The translations under genes were made by a program, and so were the position numbers. This document shows positions 1 to 8,594 of a stretch of DNA of 32,000 nt, piece after piece (the stretch's first letter is position 1; each line of letters begins with the position of its first letter). The notes beneath the pieces were generated by a model, which saw nothing but the letters and a program-made list of their open reading frames with translations, ran no database searches and was not told the origin of the DNA. Source of the DNA: Saccharothrix sp. ST-888 (GTDB taxonomy: Bacteria; Actinomycetota; Actinomycetes; Streptomycetales; Streptomycetaceae); the NCBI RefSeq assembly GCF_000955975.1, contig NZ_JYJF01000039.1, positions 5,272-37,271 on the forward strand. Direction: 5' to 3'.

Positions 1-740
1 CCGAGGACGGCGGCGGCGAAGGCGGTGATACCGGGGTTGAAGCCCATGGTGAAGGAGACCTGGGTGTTGAGGCCGAACAGGAATCCGGCGACGCCGCCCA
101 GCAGGCCGCCGATCACGAAGGTCCGCGAGATCACCCGGTCGGTGTCCACGCCCATCAGGCTCGCCGTCTCGGGGTCCTGGGCCAGCGCCCGGATGCCCGC
201 GCCCAGCCTGGTCCGGTTCACCAGCAGGTCGAGCCCGACCATCATGAGCAGCGCGCAGACCAGCAGCAGGAGTTGGGTGATCGTCACACGTGCGCCGAAG
301 ACCGTGAGGACGACGTTGTTGTCGTACAGGTGCGGCATCGGCAGCGGGTCGCGCCCGAAGAGCTTGCCCGCCAGGTTGTAGAGGAAGAAGGAGGCGCCGA
401 TCGCGCTGATCAGGAAGACCAGCTTCGGAGCGCCGCGCCGCCGCAGCGGCCGGTAGGCGACCTTCTCCAGGCCGTACGCGGTGGCGCCGCCGCAGAGCGC
501 GGACACCACGAGCCCGACCAGCACCAGCAGGACGGAAATCGGCGCGGAGGGGTGCGCGGGGGTGAGCGAGGTCAGGACGATCAGGCTGCCGAAGCCGCCC
601 AGCATGAACACCTCGCTGTGGGCGAAGTTGATCAGCTGCAGCACGCCGTAGACCAGGGTGTAGCCGATCGCGATCACGGCGTACAGGGCGCCCAGGGCGA
701 CCCCGGGGACCAGGTAGTCCCAGAACTCGTGGGGGGACAT
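1..740 (-). CDS. livH: Branched-chain amino acid ABC transporter permease (LivH family), 3' end runs off the window
   Basis: This gene is not in the ORF track because it is truncated. The reverse complement from 740 reads ATG TCC CCC CAC GAG..., giving MSPHEFWDYLVPGVALGALYAVIAIGYTLVYGVLQLINFAHSEVFMLGGFGSLIV...RLGAGIRALAQDPETASLMGVDTDRVISRTFVIGGLLGG. That is the typical LivH N-terminus (GYT-VYG---INFAHGE--M-G) and mid-protein motif. It lies 19 nt downstream of the binding-protein gene on the same strand. Confidence 0.85.
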   Translation of the reverse strand, partial: MSPHEFWDYLVPGVALGALYAVIAIGYTLVYGVLQLINFAHSEVFMLGGFGSLIVLTSLTPAHPSAPISVLLVLVGLVVSALCGGATAYGLEKVAYRPLRRRGAPKLVFLISAIGASFFLYNLAGKLFGRDPLPMPHLYDNNVVLTVFGARVTITQLLLLVCALLMMVGLDLLVNRTRLGAGIRALAQDPETASLMGVDTDRVISRTFVIGGLLGGVAGFLFGLNTQVSFTMGFNPGITAFAAAVL

Positions 741-759
741 CGTGTCACTCTCCCCCGGC

Positions 760-1932
760 TCAGCTCGCGGCCAGCGTCAGGATGTTGCCCTGGTAGGCGA
801 TCCTGCCGCTCTCGACCCGGTACAGGAACGCGGTCCGGTCCGGGAACTCGCCCTTGTCGTCGAAGCGGAAGCGCTTGGTCAGGCCCTTGTAGTCGGCGTG
901 CCTGACCTTGTCGAGCAGGGCCTCCCTGGTGGCGTCGGTGCCCAGCGTCCGCAGCTGCTCGATCACCAGGTTGGTGACGTCGAAGGCCTCCGCCGAGTAG
1001 GTACCCGGGTCCACCTTGAACTCGGCCCGGTAGTCCTCGGTGAACTTCTTGATCCCCGGCTCCACGGTGGCGTCCACGCACGGGCAGGTCAGCAGCCAGC
1101 CCTCGGACGCGTCGCCGGCCAGGTCGATGAACTTCCGGTCGTTGGTGCCGTCGCTGGCGATCTTCGGCTTGTCGAAGCCCGCCTCCTTGAGCTTCTTGGC
1201 GAACGGCGCGGCGTCGGCGTAGAAACCGGCGTAGATCAGGCCGTCGGCACCGGAGTTCCTGGCGGCGGTGGCCACCGCGGTGTAGTCCGGGGTCTTCTGC
1301 GGGACGCTCTCGTGCACCACCTGCACTCCGGCCTTCTTCAGGTCCGCCTCGGCGACACCCGCCAGACCGACGCCGTACTCGGTCTTGTCGTCGACCAGGA
1401 AGACCTTCCTCGCCTTGACCTTCCGCGCGAGGTAGGCCGCCATCCCGCCGCCCTGGGCGTCGTCGTTGGGGATGCCGCGCAGGAAGGAGGTGAAGCCCAG
1501 GGTGGTCAGTGCGGGGCTGCTGGCCGAAGGGGTCAGCGCCACCAGGCCGGCCTGCGAGTAGAGCTCGCCGGCCGCCTTGGTCGGGGCGGAGAAGGCCGGG
1601 CCGATGGTCGCGATCACCTTGTCGTCGTCGATGATCTTCTGTGCGGCAGCGGGCGACTGGTCCGCACTGCCGGCATCGTCACCGGCCGCGTACGAGAGCG
1701 TGAACGGCAGGTCCCCACGTGCGTTGGCCTGCTTGATCGCGAGTTTGACGCCGTTCTCCATGTGGACGCCGAGCGCCGAGCTCTCCCCGGTCAGCGGCCC
1801 CTGGTAGGCGATCCGGTAGACCTTCTTGCCGCCGTCCGAGCCCGCGTCGTCGTCGCTCTTCGAACAGGCGCTCAGCGCCAGCGCGCCGACGATCAGCGGC
1901 GCGGCGGTCCGCAGAAGTCTTCTGTGCAGCAC
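760..1932 (-). CDS. ABC transporter substrate-binding lipoprotein, branched-chain amino acid (LivK/type-I PBP) family
   Basis: 390-aa ORF with a GTG start preceded by GGGGGAAG. It has a signal peptide plus lipobox (LALSAC). IAYQGPLTGESSALG and the overall pattern match Leu/Ile/Val-binding proteins. It sits directly upstream of the LivH-like permease. Confidence 0.9.
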   Translation of the reverse strand: MLHRRLLRTAAPLIVGALALSACSKSDDDAGSDGGKKVYRIAYQGPLTGESSALGVHMENGVKLAIKQANARGDLPFTLSYAAGDDAGSADQSPAAAQKIIDDDKVIATIGPAFSAPTKAAGELYSQAGLVALTPSASSPALTTLGFTSFLRGIPNDDAQGGGMAAYLARKVKARKVFLVDDKTEYGVGLAGVAEADLKKAGVQVVHESVPQKTPDYTAVATAARNSGADGLIYAGFYADAAPFAKKLKEAGFDKPKIASDGTNDRKFIDLAGDASEGWLLTCPCVDATVEPGIKKFTEDYRAEFKVDPGTYSAEAFDVTNLVIEQLRTLGTDATREALLDKVRHADYKGLTKRFRFDDKGEFPDRTAFLYRVESGRIAYQGNILTLAAS

Positions 1933-2216
1933 AACTTCCCCCTGGTTGAACGGTTCTGGCGGTACTACGGCGCAGCGGTCCGATCTCGCGCGGTCCCGCG
2001 CCGCTCGGTCCCACGGTCACGCGGTGGGCTCCGGCGGGCCGACTCCGGTGAGCCGGACGCGTGCCGAGTGCGCCGGAGGACCGGACGGCAGCGGTCTCTG
2101 CGCCAACTGCAGCCTTCTGCAGCGGCCGTGACTCTAGCCAGAGTCGAAGAGCGGACGGCAGAACCGAGTTGGCGCTATGTCACCTCGGTGTCCGGACGTC
2201 CGGGGGTTCCCGCAGG

Positions 2217-5200
2217 CTACGCAGCGGCCTCCCGGTCCTCCTCCGAACTCCCGTCGGCCGAACCGCCGTCCTTCGCCCCGGCGGCACTCGCTACCGCCAC
2301 CGCCGGCCGCGGCTGTTCGGCTCCGCCCAGCCGCCCTGCTGTGGAGTCCGGCCGGGGCTCCCGCTGGGATCGGGCCACCCACCACCCCGCCAGTACGACG
2401 AGCAGGCCGACCCCGATCCTGATCAGCGCACTCTCCGCGTCCTTGGGCGAGCGGTGCACCCACTCCCAGACCACGTAGCCCATCCCGGCGGCGACCGGTA
2501 CGGCGAGGGCCAGGAGGCGCCGTCCGACGGTGCGGGCTCCCGGCGTCCACAGGGCCGCCGTGGACGCCCCGGCGAGCAGCAGCAGGACCCCTGCCAGCGT
2601 GAACGCCATCGGCAGTGCGGGCACCAGGACCGCACAGGCGAGGAGCACCCCGCCCGCGGCGAGGGCGAGTTCCACGGCACGGGTGCCGAACCGGCTCCGG
2701 CGGGTGAGGAAGACGACCATCCCCCACACCATCAGGGTGTAGCCCCGGAAGGCGGCGAGGATGATGCCGACCGGTCTGAACCGCGGCAGACCGGGGCGGC
2801 CCGCGCGAGGACGCAGGAGCTTCTGCGAGGTCGCGGTGTTCGCGGCGGCCGCCGCCGCGTGGGCGACCGTGCGGGCGAAGGTGTCGCTGCCCGCGTCGTC
2901 CGGAATCCGCTCACCGCCGATCCGCTCGGCCTCCCACCACAGCTGCCAGAGGTCCTCCGTCCTGAGCGTGCCCCCGGCGGCGTTCCGCTTGGCGTCGTAG
3001 AGCTCCAGCCAGATCCTGCCGTCGCGGGTGCGGTCGCTGTCGCCCTCGCCGCGGATCGAATCCGCCAGCGCGTCGAGGTCCTCCCGCAGGATGCCGGTCT
3101 GGGCCGACCGGCAGACCGCCCGGACGCACGCGTGCAGGCCGGCCAGTCCGTTCGCGTCACCGGCCGTCTCGTTCACGTCGCCGTCCGGTCCTGGCAGGCT
3201 GCCCGCCTGGTCGGCTCCGCTCGGCGCCGGTGCGCCGGTCGGCCCCGGTGCGTCCGGTGCATCCGGTGGGACGACGGTGACGATGCTCTCGATGAAGCGT
3301 CTGCACTCCGCCGCGTCCTCGGCCTCCCAACGCTCCGCCAGCCAGCCGCGGTCGCGGTCGCCCTTCGGACCGGTGGCGAGCGCGCAGGCCCGGATGAGCC
3401 CGAGCAGCTCGTCCACCCGCCTCCGCCGGAGCTCCGCAATCCGCTCGGCGGCCCGGTCGGCGGTCCGGTCGGCGGTCCGGTCCGTGGTCAGATCGGCGGC
3501 ACGGTCGGCCGGGCTCGGCCCGTCGTCCGCCGTAACCGTCCCGCACTGCCGGAGCCGGTCGGGCGAGAGCAGCATCCGGACGATGTGAGCCGAACCGTCC
3601 ATCCGCCCGTGCAGCCAGTCGTTGACCCGCCACGACGGACGGTAGAACGCACCGAAGTGGTGCAGCTGCTTCCCGGTCAGCAGTTGCGGTGTCATCGAGG
3701 AGAACTGGACCAGCTCCACCTCCTGCTCGACGTCCTGGCTCGCGCCGGAGAAGGCGAGCTGCACGACGTCGAGCCGGAGCATCCGCTGCAACAGCTGCGC
3801 CTCCCCAGCCGCGCCCGGTCCCTCCACCGGCCCGTCGTCCGCCGACCCCTCCACCGGTCCGAACAGGTAGTCGTGGAGGGCTTCGAGCCACTGGCTCTCC
3901 ACCCGTTCGGCTTCGACCAGCTGCGAGGTCCTGACCACGGCACCGATGGCCTGACGGCAGGTCCGCACCTGCTCGGCCACCGCCCCGGCCAGCTCGTACT
4001 GCCGCTGCCTGGGGTCGGCTCCCTCGTTCTCGGAGCGCGCGCTGTCCACCCACCCGTCGACGACCCGGCCGAGCCACCTCTGGAGCATGTCCCGGTTCGT
4101 CACCTTGCCGAACCGGTCCGACTCGCGCATCGGCATCCTGGAGCACTCGTCCACCGCACCGTCCACCGCCCTCGGGTACTCCCGCCCGGGCGCGCCCGCC
4201 CAGTACAGGTCCATCAGGCGCCGGTTCCGGTGGATGTCCTCCAGCGTGGCGCCGAGGCCTCGGCGGGCCTCGACGATCTCCCGACGCTGCGGGGAGCCCA
4301 TCGGCGACAGCTGGAGGGCCCGCCGCAGGACGTCGACGGCCATGTCCGCCAGCCGCTCGACGGTCGTCATCCCCCAGTCCCAGTCCCCGCCCGTCCGGGT
4401 CAGGGCGGTGGCCAACGGGTCGGCGGGGACGAACGATCCGTCCTGGCCCCGCATTTGCCGGATCAGCCCCCGCAGCACCTCGTCCAGCTCGCTCGGGCTC
4501 CAGCGGTGCTCCCCCACCGGCTGGCCCGCGGCGACGAGTCCGCCGATGGTCCGGGCGGCGTAGTCGATGCGGACGTCGACATACCCACTCCACGCCCGCT
4601 CGGACAGGTCCTCGGCGCCGCCCGTCATCGCGGCCGCGAGCCGGTCCCTGGCCCGCCGCCGGAACTGCACCGCCTCGTTGCGGGTGCGGATCTCGGTGAG
4701 CTCGCGCGACACCGAGTCGGTCGACCGCAGCCGGGTGAGCACACCGAGCAGGGCGTCCCGGGCGTGCGGGAGGTCCTCGGCGGTCGGAACCTGGGCGGGC
4801 AACGCCGTCGTCTCGGCCGGGTCGGGTACGACGTAGGCGAGCACCCGCCGCACCTGCACTCCGCCGGGCTGGCGGTACACCGCCTCCAGCGCCGGGCGGA
4901 TGGGCTTGTTGAGCAGCACCCCGCCGTCGAGGACGTACTGCGACTGACGGAAGTTGGCGCCACCCGCGGTGGACGGCCACGGGCCCTCGCCGGCGGCGGC
5001 GGGGGAGGCCGTCACCGCGACCCAGTGCGGTTCGAAGGCGCCCGGGAACGAGGAGGTGCACCGGGAGGCGACCGCCAGCTTCTCCACGACCTCGTCGGCG
5101 GTCAGGTCCCCGAGGGTGTCCGTGCCGTCGGCGGGCGCGGCGAACCTGAAGGTCGCGTCGTGGTCCACCTCGGTGATCCCGGTGCCCATGTCGTCGGTGA

Positions 5201-5753
5201 ACGAGGTCGTCCGGCCCTCCCACAGGGTGCCGGTGAGGATGAGCTCGACCGGGTGCGCCGCCACGTCCCGGGCCGCTTCGCCGCCGTCCCCGAGCGGCGG
5301 GGAGTCGAGCACCGTCCTGAGCGCGGAGCGGAGCTTCGGCAGGAAGTACTCGTCCCCCATCAGGAGCGAGGGCGGGTTCTTCCGGAGCGGGCTGCGCAGC
5401 AGCTTCTCCAGGCTGCCGTCCCGGCACCACAGGTCCCGCAGGCCGGCGAGCTCCCGGGGTCGCGCGAGACCGAGCGCGAGAAACGCGCCGTTGATCCCGC
5501 CCGCCGAGGTGCCGGCGATGACGTCCACGCGGGCCTCGGCCTGCAGCAGGTCGAGCAGCGGGAGGTAGGCCGCCCTTGTCCGGCGGCGCACCGTCGCCAG
5601 GCGGTGCAGCTCCAGCGTGACGCCGCTCATCCACACGGCCAGGCTCACACCGCCGTTCAGCACGACGGCGAGGCGGATTTCCTGACGGTCGAAGTCGGAT
5701 TCGGGCGCCGCGCCGCCCACCGGATCTGCGTACTCGTCCGCTGCGTTCACCAC
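2217..5753 (-). CDS. Large membrane-anchored patatin-like phospholipase (patatin domain + long helical DUF3376-type region + C-terminal TM bundle)
   Basis: 1178 aa. GTG start at 5753 with GGAG 7 nt upstream. Oxyanion motif LNGGVSLAVW, nucleophile elbow AGTSAGG (Ser83, codon 5505-5507) and catalytic Asp motif VLDGGVLLNKP. The C-terminal ~250 aa hold 4-5 hydrophobic helices (GIILAAFRGYTLMVWGMVVFL, LALAAGGVLLACAVLVPALPMAFTLAGVLLLLAG, LLALAVPVAAGMGYVVW, IGVGLLVVLAGWWV), followed by an acidic tail. Confidence 0.85.
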   Translation of the reverse strand: MVNAADEYADPVGGAAPESDFDRQEIRLAVVLNGGVSLAVWMSGVTLELHRLATVRRRTRAAYLPLLDLLQAEARVDVIAGTSAGGINGAFLALGLARPRELAGLRDLWCRDGSLEKLLRSPLRKNPPSLLMGDEYFLPKLRSALRTVLDSPPLGDGGEAARDVAAHPVELILTGTLWEGRTTSFTDDMGTGITEVDHDATFRFAAPADGTDTLGDLTADEVVEKLAVASRCTSSFPGAFEPHWVAVTASPAAAGEGPWPSTAGGANFRQSQYVLDGGVLLNKPIRPALEAVYRQPGGVQVRRVLAYVVPDPAETTALPAQVPTAEDLPHARDALLGVLTRLRSTDSVSRELTEIRTRNEAVQFRRRARDRLAAAMTGGAEDLSERAWSGYVDVRIDYAARTIGGLVAAGQPVGEHRWSPSELDEVLRGLIRQMRGQDGSFVPADPLATALTRTGGDWDWGMTTVERLADMAVDVLRRALQLSPMGSPQRREIVEARRGLGATLEDIHRNRRLMDLYWAGAPGREYPRAVDGAVDECSRMPMRESDRFGKVTNRDMLQRWLGRVVDGWVDSARSENEGADPRQRQYELAGAVAEQVRTCRQAIGAVVRTSQLVEAERVESQWLEALHDYLFGPVEGSADDGPVEGPGAAGEAQLLQRMLRLDVVQLAFSGASQDVEQEVELVQFSSMTPQLLTGKQLHHFGAFYRPSWRVNDWLHGRMDGSAHIVRMLLSPDRLRQCGTVTADDGPSPADRAADLTTDRTADRTADRAAERIAELRRRRVDELLGLIRACALATGPKGDRDRGWLAERWEAEDAAECRRFIESIVTVVPPDAPDAPGPTGAPAPSGADQAGSLPGPDGDVNETAGDANGLAGLHACVRAVCRSAQTGILREDLDALADSIRGEGDSDRTRDGRIWLELYDAKRNAAGGTLRTEDLWQLWWEAERIGGERIPDDAGSDTFARTVAHAAAAAANTATSQKLLRPRAGRPGLPRFRPVGIILAAFRGYTLMVWGMVVFLTRRSRFGTRAVELALAAGGVLLACAVLVPALPMAFTLAGVLLLLAGASTAALWTPGARTVGRRLLALAVPVAAGMGYVVWEWVHRSPKDAESALIRIGVGLLVVLAGWWVARSQREPRPDSTAGRLGGAEQPRPAVAVASAAGAKDGGSADGSSEEDREAAA
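3451..3510 (-). repeat. Degenerate 12-bp tandem repeat x5 inside the patatin gene, encoding (T/A)DR(T/A) tetrapeptide repeats
   Basis: Plus-strand units are gcccggtcggcg / gtccggtcggcg / gtccggtccgtg / gtcagatcggcg / gcacggtcggcc. On the coding strand they give ADRAADLTTDRTADRTADRAAE. Confidence 0.7.
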
Positions 5754-6014
5754 AAGGTCTCCACCCGGCTACGTGCGCCTCGCGCATCGGATCTGCCGCA
5801 AGAAGTGTGATCCGCAACCGACGGCAAGCGCAAAATGTCAACAAGAGATCGTTGGCGAAGTAACAGAAAGCCGGACCACCTGTCCGAGTCACGCTTCCGG
5901 CTCTTTCCGGTGGCATCCCGGCCCCGCCGATGATGACGTTGACAGGGCGCCGGTCCGCCGACGTTCCGGCGGAGGCGTCCCTTCCTCCGGCTCGCGGGAT
6001 TTCCTCACCACCCC

Positions 6015-6068
6015 GCCATGGGCTCCGAACCCGCCATGGACTCCGAACCCGCCCTGGGCTCCGAACCC
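6015..6068. repeat. 18-bp tandem repeat x3 in the divergent intergenic region between the patatin gene and the oxidoreductase operon
   Basis: gccatgggctccgaaccc (6015-6032), gccatggactccgaaccc (6033-6050), gccctgggctccgaaccc (6051-6068), with 1-2 mismatches between units. It lies 83 nt upstream of the ATG at 6151. Confidence 0.85.
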
Positions 6069-6150
6069 GCCGGGAGCGCGGCCCGGAGAGCCACCGGGCG
6101 CGCGGCCCAGATCACCTTCCGACATTCGTCCGACCGGGAACGTGGTGGAC

Positions 6151-6519
6151 ATGCACGAGATCGCCCGATACAGCCTTGCCGGTATCCGCCTCGTCAACGG
6201 AGCCGTGGCGCTGCTGGCCCCGAACACCCTGGCGCAACGACTCGGCATCGCCACCGGCCGTGACAGCGGCACGAGTTACACGCTTCCGCTCTTCGGGGTG
6301 CGCACCGTGCTGCTGGGCGCAGAGCTCCTGCTCGTCAAGGACGGCGCGGCACTGAACCGCTCGCTGCGCCTGGGGACGCTCATTCACGCGAGCGACGTGA
6401 TCTCGGCGATCCGGTCGGGGAAGAACGGTGACCTGCCGCCCCGGGCGGCCGTGATCGCCACGGCCATCTCGTCGGTCAACGTCGCGCTGACCTTCCTCGC
6501 CCGGGAGCCGTCGCGGTGA
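6151..6519 (+). CDS. Small (122 aa) hydrophobic membrane protein of unknown function, first gene of the GMC/alpha-dioxygenase operon
   Basis: I start it at ATG 6151 (MHEIARYSLAGIRLVNGAVALLAPNTLAQRLG...LFGVRTVLLGAELLLV...VIATAISSVNVALTFLA). The upstream part of track ORF 5773..6519 has mixed third-position GC and contains the tandem repeat. The stop overlaps the next start (GTGA at 6516-6519). From memory it resembles DUF4267-type small membrane proteins; this is unverified. Confidence 0.6.
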   Translation: MHEIARYSLAGIRLVNGAVALLAPNTLAQRLGIATGRDSGTSYTLPLFGVRTVLLGAELLLVKDGAALNRSLRLGTLIHASDVISAIRSGKNGDLPPRAAVIATAISSVNVALTFLAREPSR

Positions 6520-8510
6520 ACGCGGCGCCACGGCCCCACGAACCGTCCGCCTCCGCCGCGCCCGACTCACCCGACGCGGAGGAGGAGTTCGACTACGTCG
6601 TCGTCGGATCGGGGGCGGGCGGCGGGCCGTTGGCGGCGAACCTGGCCGAGGCCGGGTACCGGGTACTGCTGTTCGAGGCCGGCGGCGAGGACGAGCGACT
6701 CGACTACACCGTCCCGGCCTTCCACACCCACGCGACCGAGAACCCGGAGCTGCGCTGGGACTTCTACGTCCGGCACTGGGACGACGAGGACCGGCAGCGG
6801 CGCGACGACAAGTACGTCAGCGGCCACCACGGGGTCTGGTACCCCCGGGCCGGCACCCTCGGCGGGTGCACCGCGCACAACGCGATGATCACCGTCTGCC
6901 CGCATCCGGCGGACTGGGACCGCATCGCCACCCTGACCGGCGACAAGTCCTGGGCCAGCAGGCGGATGGCACGCTGGTTCCAGCGGGTGGAGCGCTGCAC
7001 CTACGTCCACCGGCCGCGGCTCCTGCCGCGGAGCCGCCTGCTCGCCGCCGTCCTGGAGCACCTGCCGCTGGTCTCCGCCAGGTTCGTCAACCGCAGTGGC
7101 CACGGCTTCGACGGCTGGCTGACCACCTCGCTCCCGGATCCTCGGCTGGTCCTGCGCGACCACCGGCTGCTCAAGGTCGTCGCCGCCGCCGCGGAGTCCG
7201 CGCTGACCGCCACGCTGGGGCGCCCGCTCACGGCTTTCGAGGGTCTGGACAGCTACTTCGACCCCAACGACCGGCGGGTGGCGGGCGGCGCCCCCGGCGG
7301 ACTGTGGCTGGTGCCGCTGGCCACCTCCGGCGGACACCGCGTCAGTGTCCGCGACCGCATCCGGGACGTGCGGCGGCGGCATCCGGACCGGCTCACCGTA
7401 CGCACCGGCACGCTGGTCACCCGGGTGCTCCTCGACGAGTCCCTGGCCGCGGTGGGGGTCGAGTACGCGGCGGCACCGCACGCGTACCGGGCCGATCCGC
7501 GCGCCGCTGCCGATCCCCTGCCGCCGCTGCGCCGGGTCAAGGTCCGCCGCGAGGTCGTGCTGTCGGGGGGCGCCTTCAACACCCCGCAGCTGCTGATGCT
7601 CTCCGGGATCGGGCCGCGCGCGGAACTCCGGCGGCACGGCCTGCCCGTCCGGCTCGACCTGCCCGGCGTCGGCTCGAACCTGCAGGACCGCTACGAGGTC
7701 GGCGTCGTCTCGGAGCTGGACGAGGCGTTCACCCTCATCGAGGACTGCACCTTCGCGCCCCCGGCGCCGGGAACCCCACCGGACCGCTGCCTCACCGAGT
7801 GGGAGAGCGGCCGCGGGGTCTACACCTCGAACGGGGCGGTGCTCGCGGTGACGGCCAGGTCGCGGCCGCAGCTGGAGTCGCCCGACCTGTTCCTCTTCGG
7901 CCTGCCCGCCTACTTCCAGGGCTACTACCCCGGCTACTCGGACCAACTGTTCCGCAACAGGCGCTACTTCACCTGGGCGGTGCTCAAGGCCCACACCCGC
8001 AACACCGGTGGCCGGGTGGGTCTGCGCAGCGCGGACCCCCGCGACACGCCCCTGATCTCGTTCCGGTACTTCGAGGAGGGCACCGACAGCCGCGGCGAGG
8101 ACCTCGACGCGGTGGTGCACGGCATCGAGCTGGCCCGCGACCTGATGCGGCGGGCCGGAGCGGTGGTCAGGCGCGAGGCGCTGCCCGGGGAGGGCGTGCA
8201 GACCTCCGAGGAGCTGCGCGAGTTCGTCCGGGACCGGGCCTGGGGGCACCACGCCTGCGGTACCGCCCGGATCGGAGCCGCGCACGATCCGCTGGCCGTG
8301 GTCGACAGCCGCTTCCGGGTGATCGGTACGAAGGGCCTGCGGGTCGTCGACGCCTCGGTCTTCCCCCGGATTCCCGGATTCTTCATCGTCACGGCCGTCT
8401 ACATGATCGCCGAGAAGGCGAGCGCCGTGCTGCTCGGTGAGGCGGCCGGGACCGGACGCGCTGCCCGCGCGAACCGCCGCCGCCCGGCCACGGCCGCCCG
8501 TACCGGCTGA
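6516..8510 (+). CDS. GMC-family FAD-dependent oxidoreductase (choline dehydrogenase/alcohol oxidase-like)
   Basis: 664 aa. N-terminal Rossmann FAD motif DYVVVGSGAGGGPLAANLAEAGYRVLLFEAGG. GTLGGCTAHNAM motif. C-terminal GMC signature with active-site His (WGHHACGTARIG...VVDSRFRVIGTKGLRVVDASVFPRIPG). Confidence 0.9.
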   Translation: MNAAPRPHEPSASAAPDSPDAEEEFDYVVVGSGAGGGPLAANLAEAGYRVLLFEAGGEDERLDYTVPAFHTHATENPELRWDFYVRHWDDEDRQRRDDKYVSGHHGVWYPRAGTLGGCTAHNAMITVCPHPADWDRIATLTGDKSWASRRMARWFQRVERCTYVHRPRLLPRSRLLAAVLEHLPLVSARFVNRSGHGFDGWLTTSLPDPRLVLRDHRLLKVVAAAAESALTATLGRPLTAFEGLDSYFDPNDRRVAGGAPGGLWLVPLATSGGHRVSVRDRIRDVRRRHPDRLTVRTGTLVTRVLLDESLAAVGVEYAAAPHAYRADPRAAADPLPPLRRVKVRREVVLSGGAFNTPQLLMLSGIGPRAELRRHGLPVRLDLPGVGSNLQDRYEVGVVSELDEAFTLIEDCTFAPPAPGTPPDRCLTEWESGRGVYTSNGAVLAVTARSRPQLESPDLFLFGLPAYFQGYYPGYSDQLFRNRRYFTWAVLKAHTRNTGGRVGLRSADPRDTPLISFRYFEEGTDSRGEDLDAVVHGIELARDLMRRAGAVVRREALPGEGVQTSEELREFVRDRAWGHHACGTARIGAAHDPLAVVDSRFRVIGTKGLRVVDASVFPRIPGFFIVTAVYMIAEKASAVLLGEAAGTGRAARANRRRPATAARTG

Positions 8511-8594
8511 CACCTGCCCCACCGGGCGCCACCGACCTGGCCGCGCCACCGACTTGAACCGCACCACCCGCACACCCGACACGAGGAGGCCGTC

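Noticed and set aside
742-2478. 578-aa plus-strand ORF across the binding-protein gene and its upstream region
   Set aside because: It is antisense to a well-supported lipoprotein gene and continues through intergenic DNA. Its composition is not protein-like.
2061-5810. 1249-aa plus-strand ORF, and the 919-aa minus-strand ORF 3157..5916, overlapping the patatin gene
   Set aside because: These are mirror or alternative frames of a real high-GC gene. The products are Arg/Pro/Gly-rich with no motifs. The 2217..5753 minus frame carries intact patatin motifs and an RBS.
6015-6068. Possibility that the tandem repeats here (also 26802-26837 and 27896-27931) are CRISPR-like arrays
   Set aside because: The units are directly abutting, 9-18 bp long, with no spacers. 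No cas genes are present.
5773-6150. N-terminal extension of the small membrane protein containing PPWAPNPPWTPNPPWAPNPP
   Set aside because: Third-position GC is mixed, unlike the neighbouring genes. The extension begins inside the AT-richer promoter patch. The hydrophobic protein has an in-frame ATG at 6151. I treat the repeat as non-coding DNA, though ribosome profiling could overturn this.
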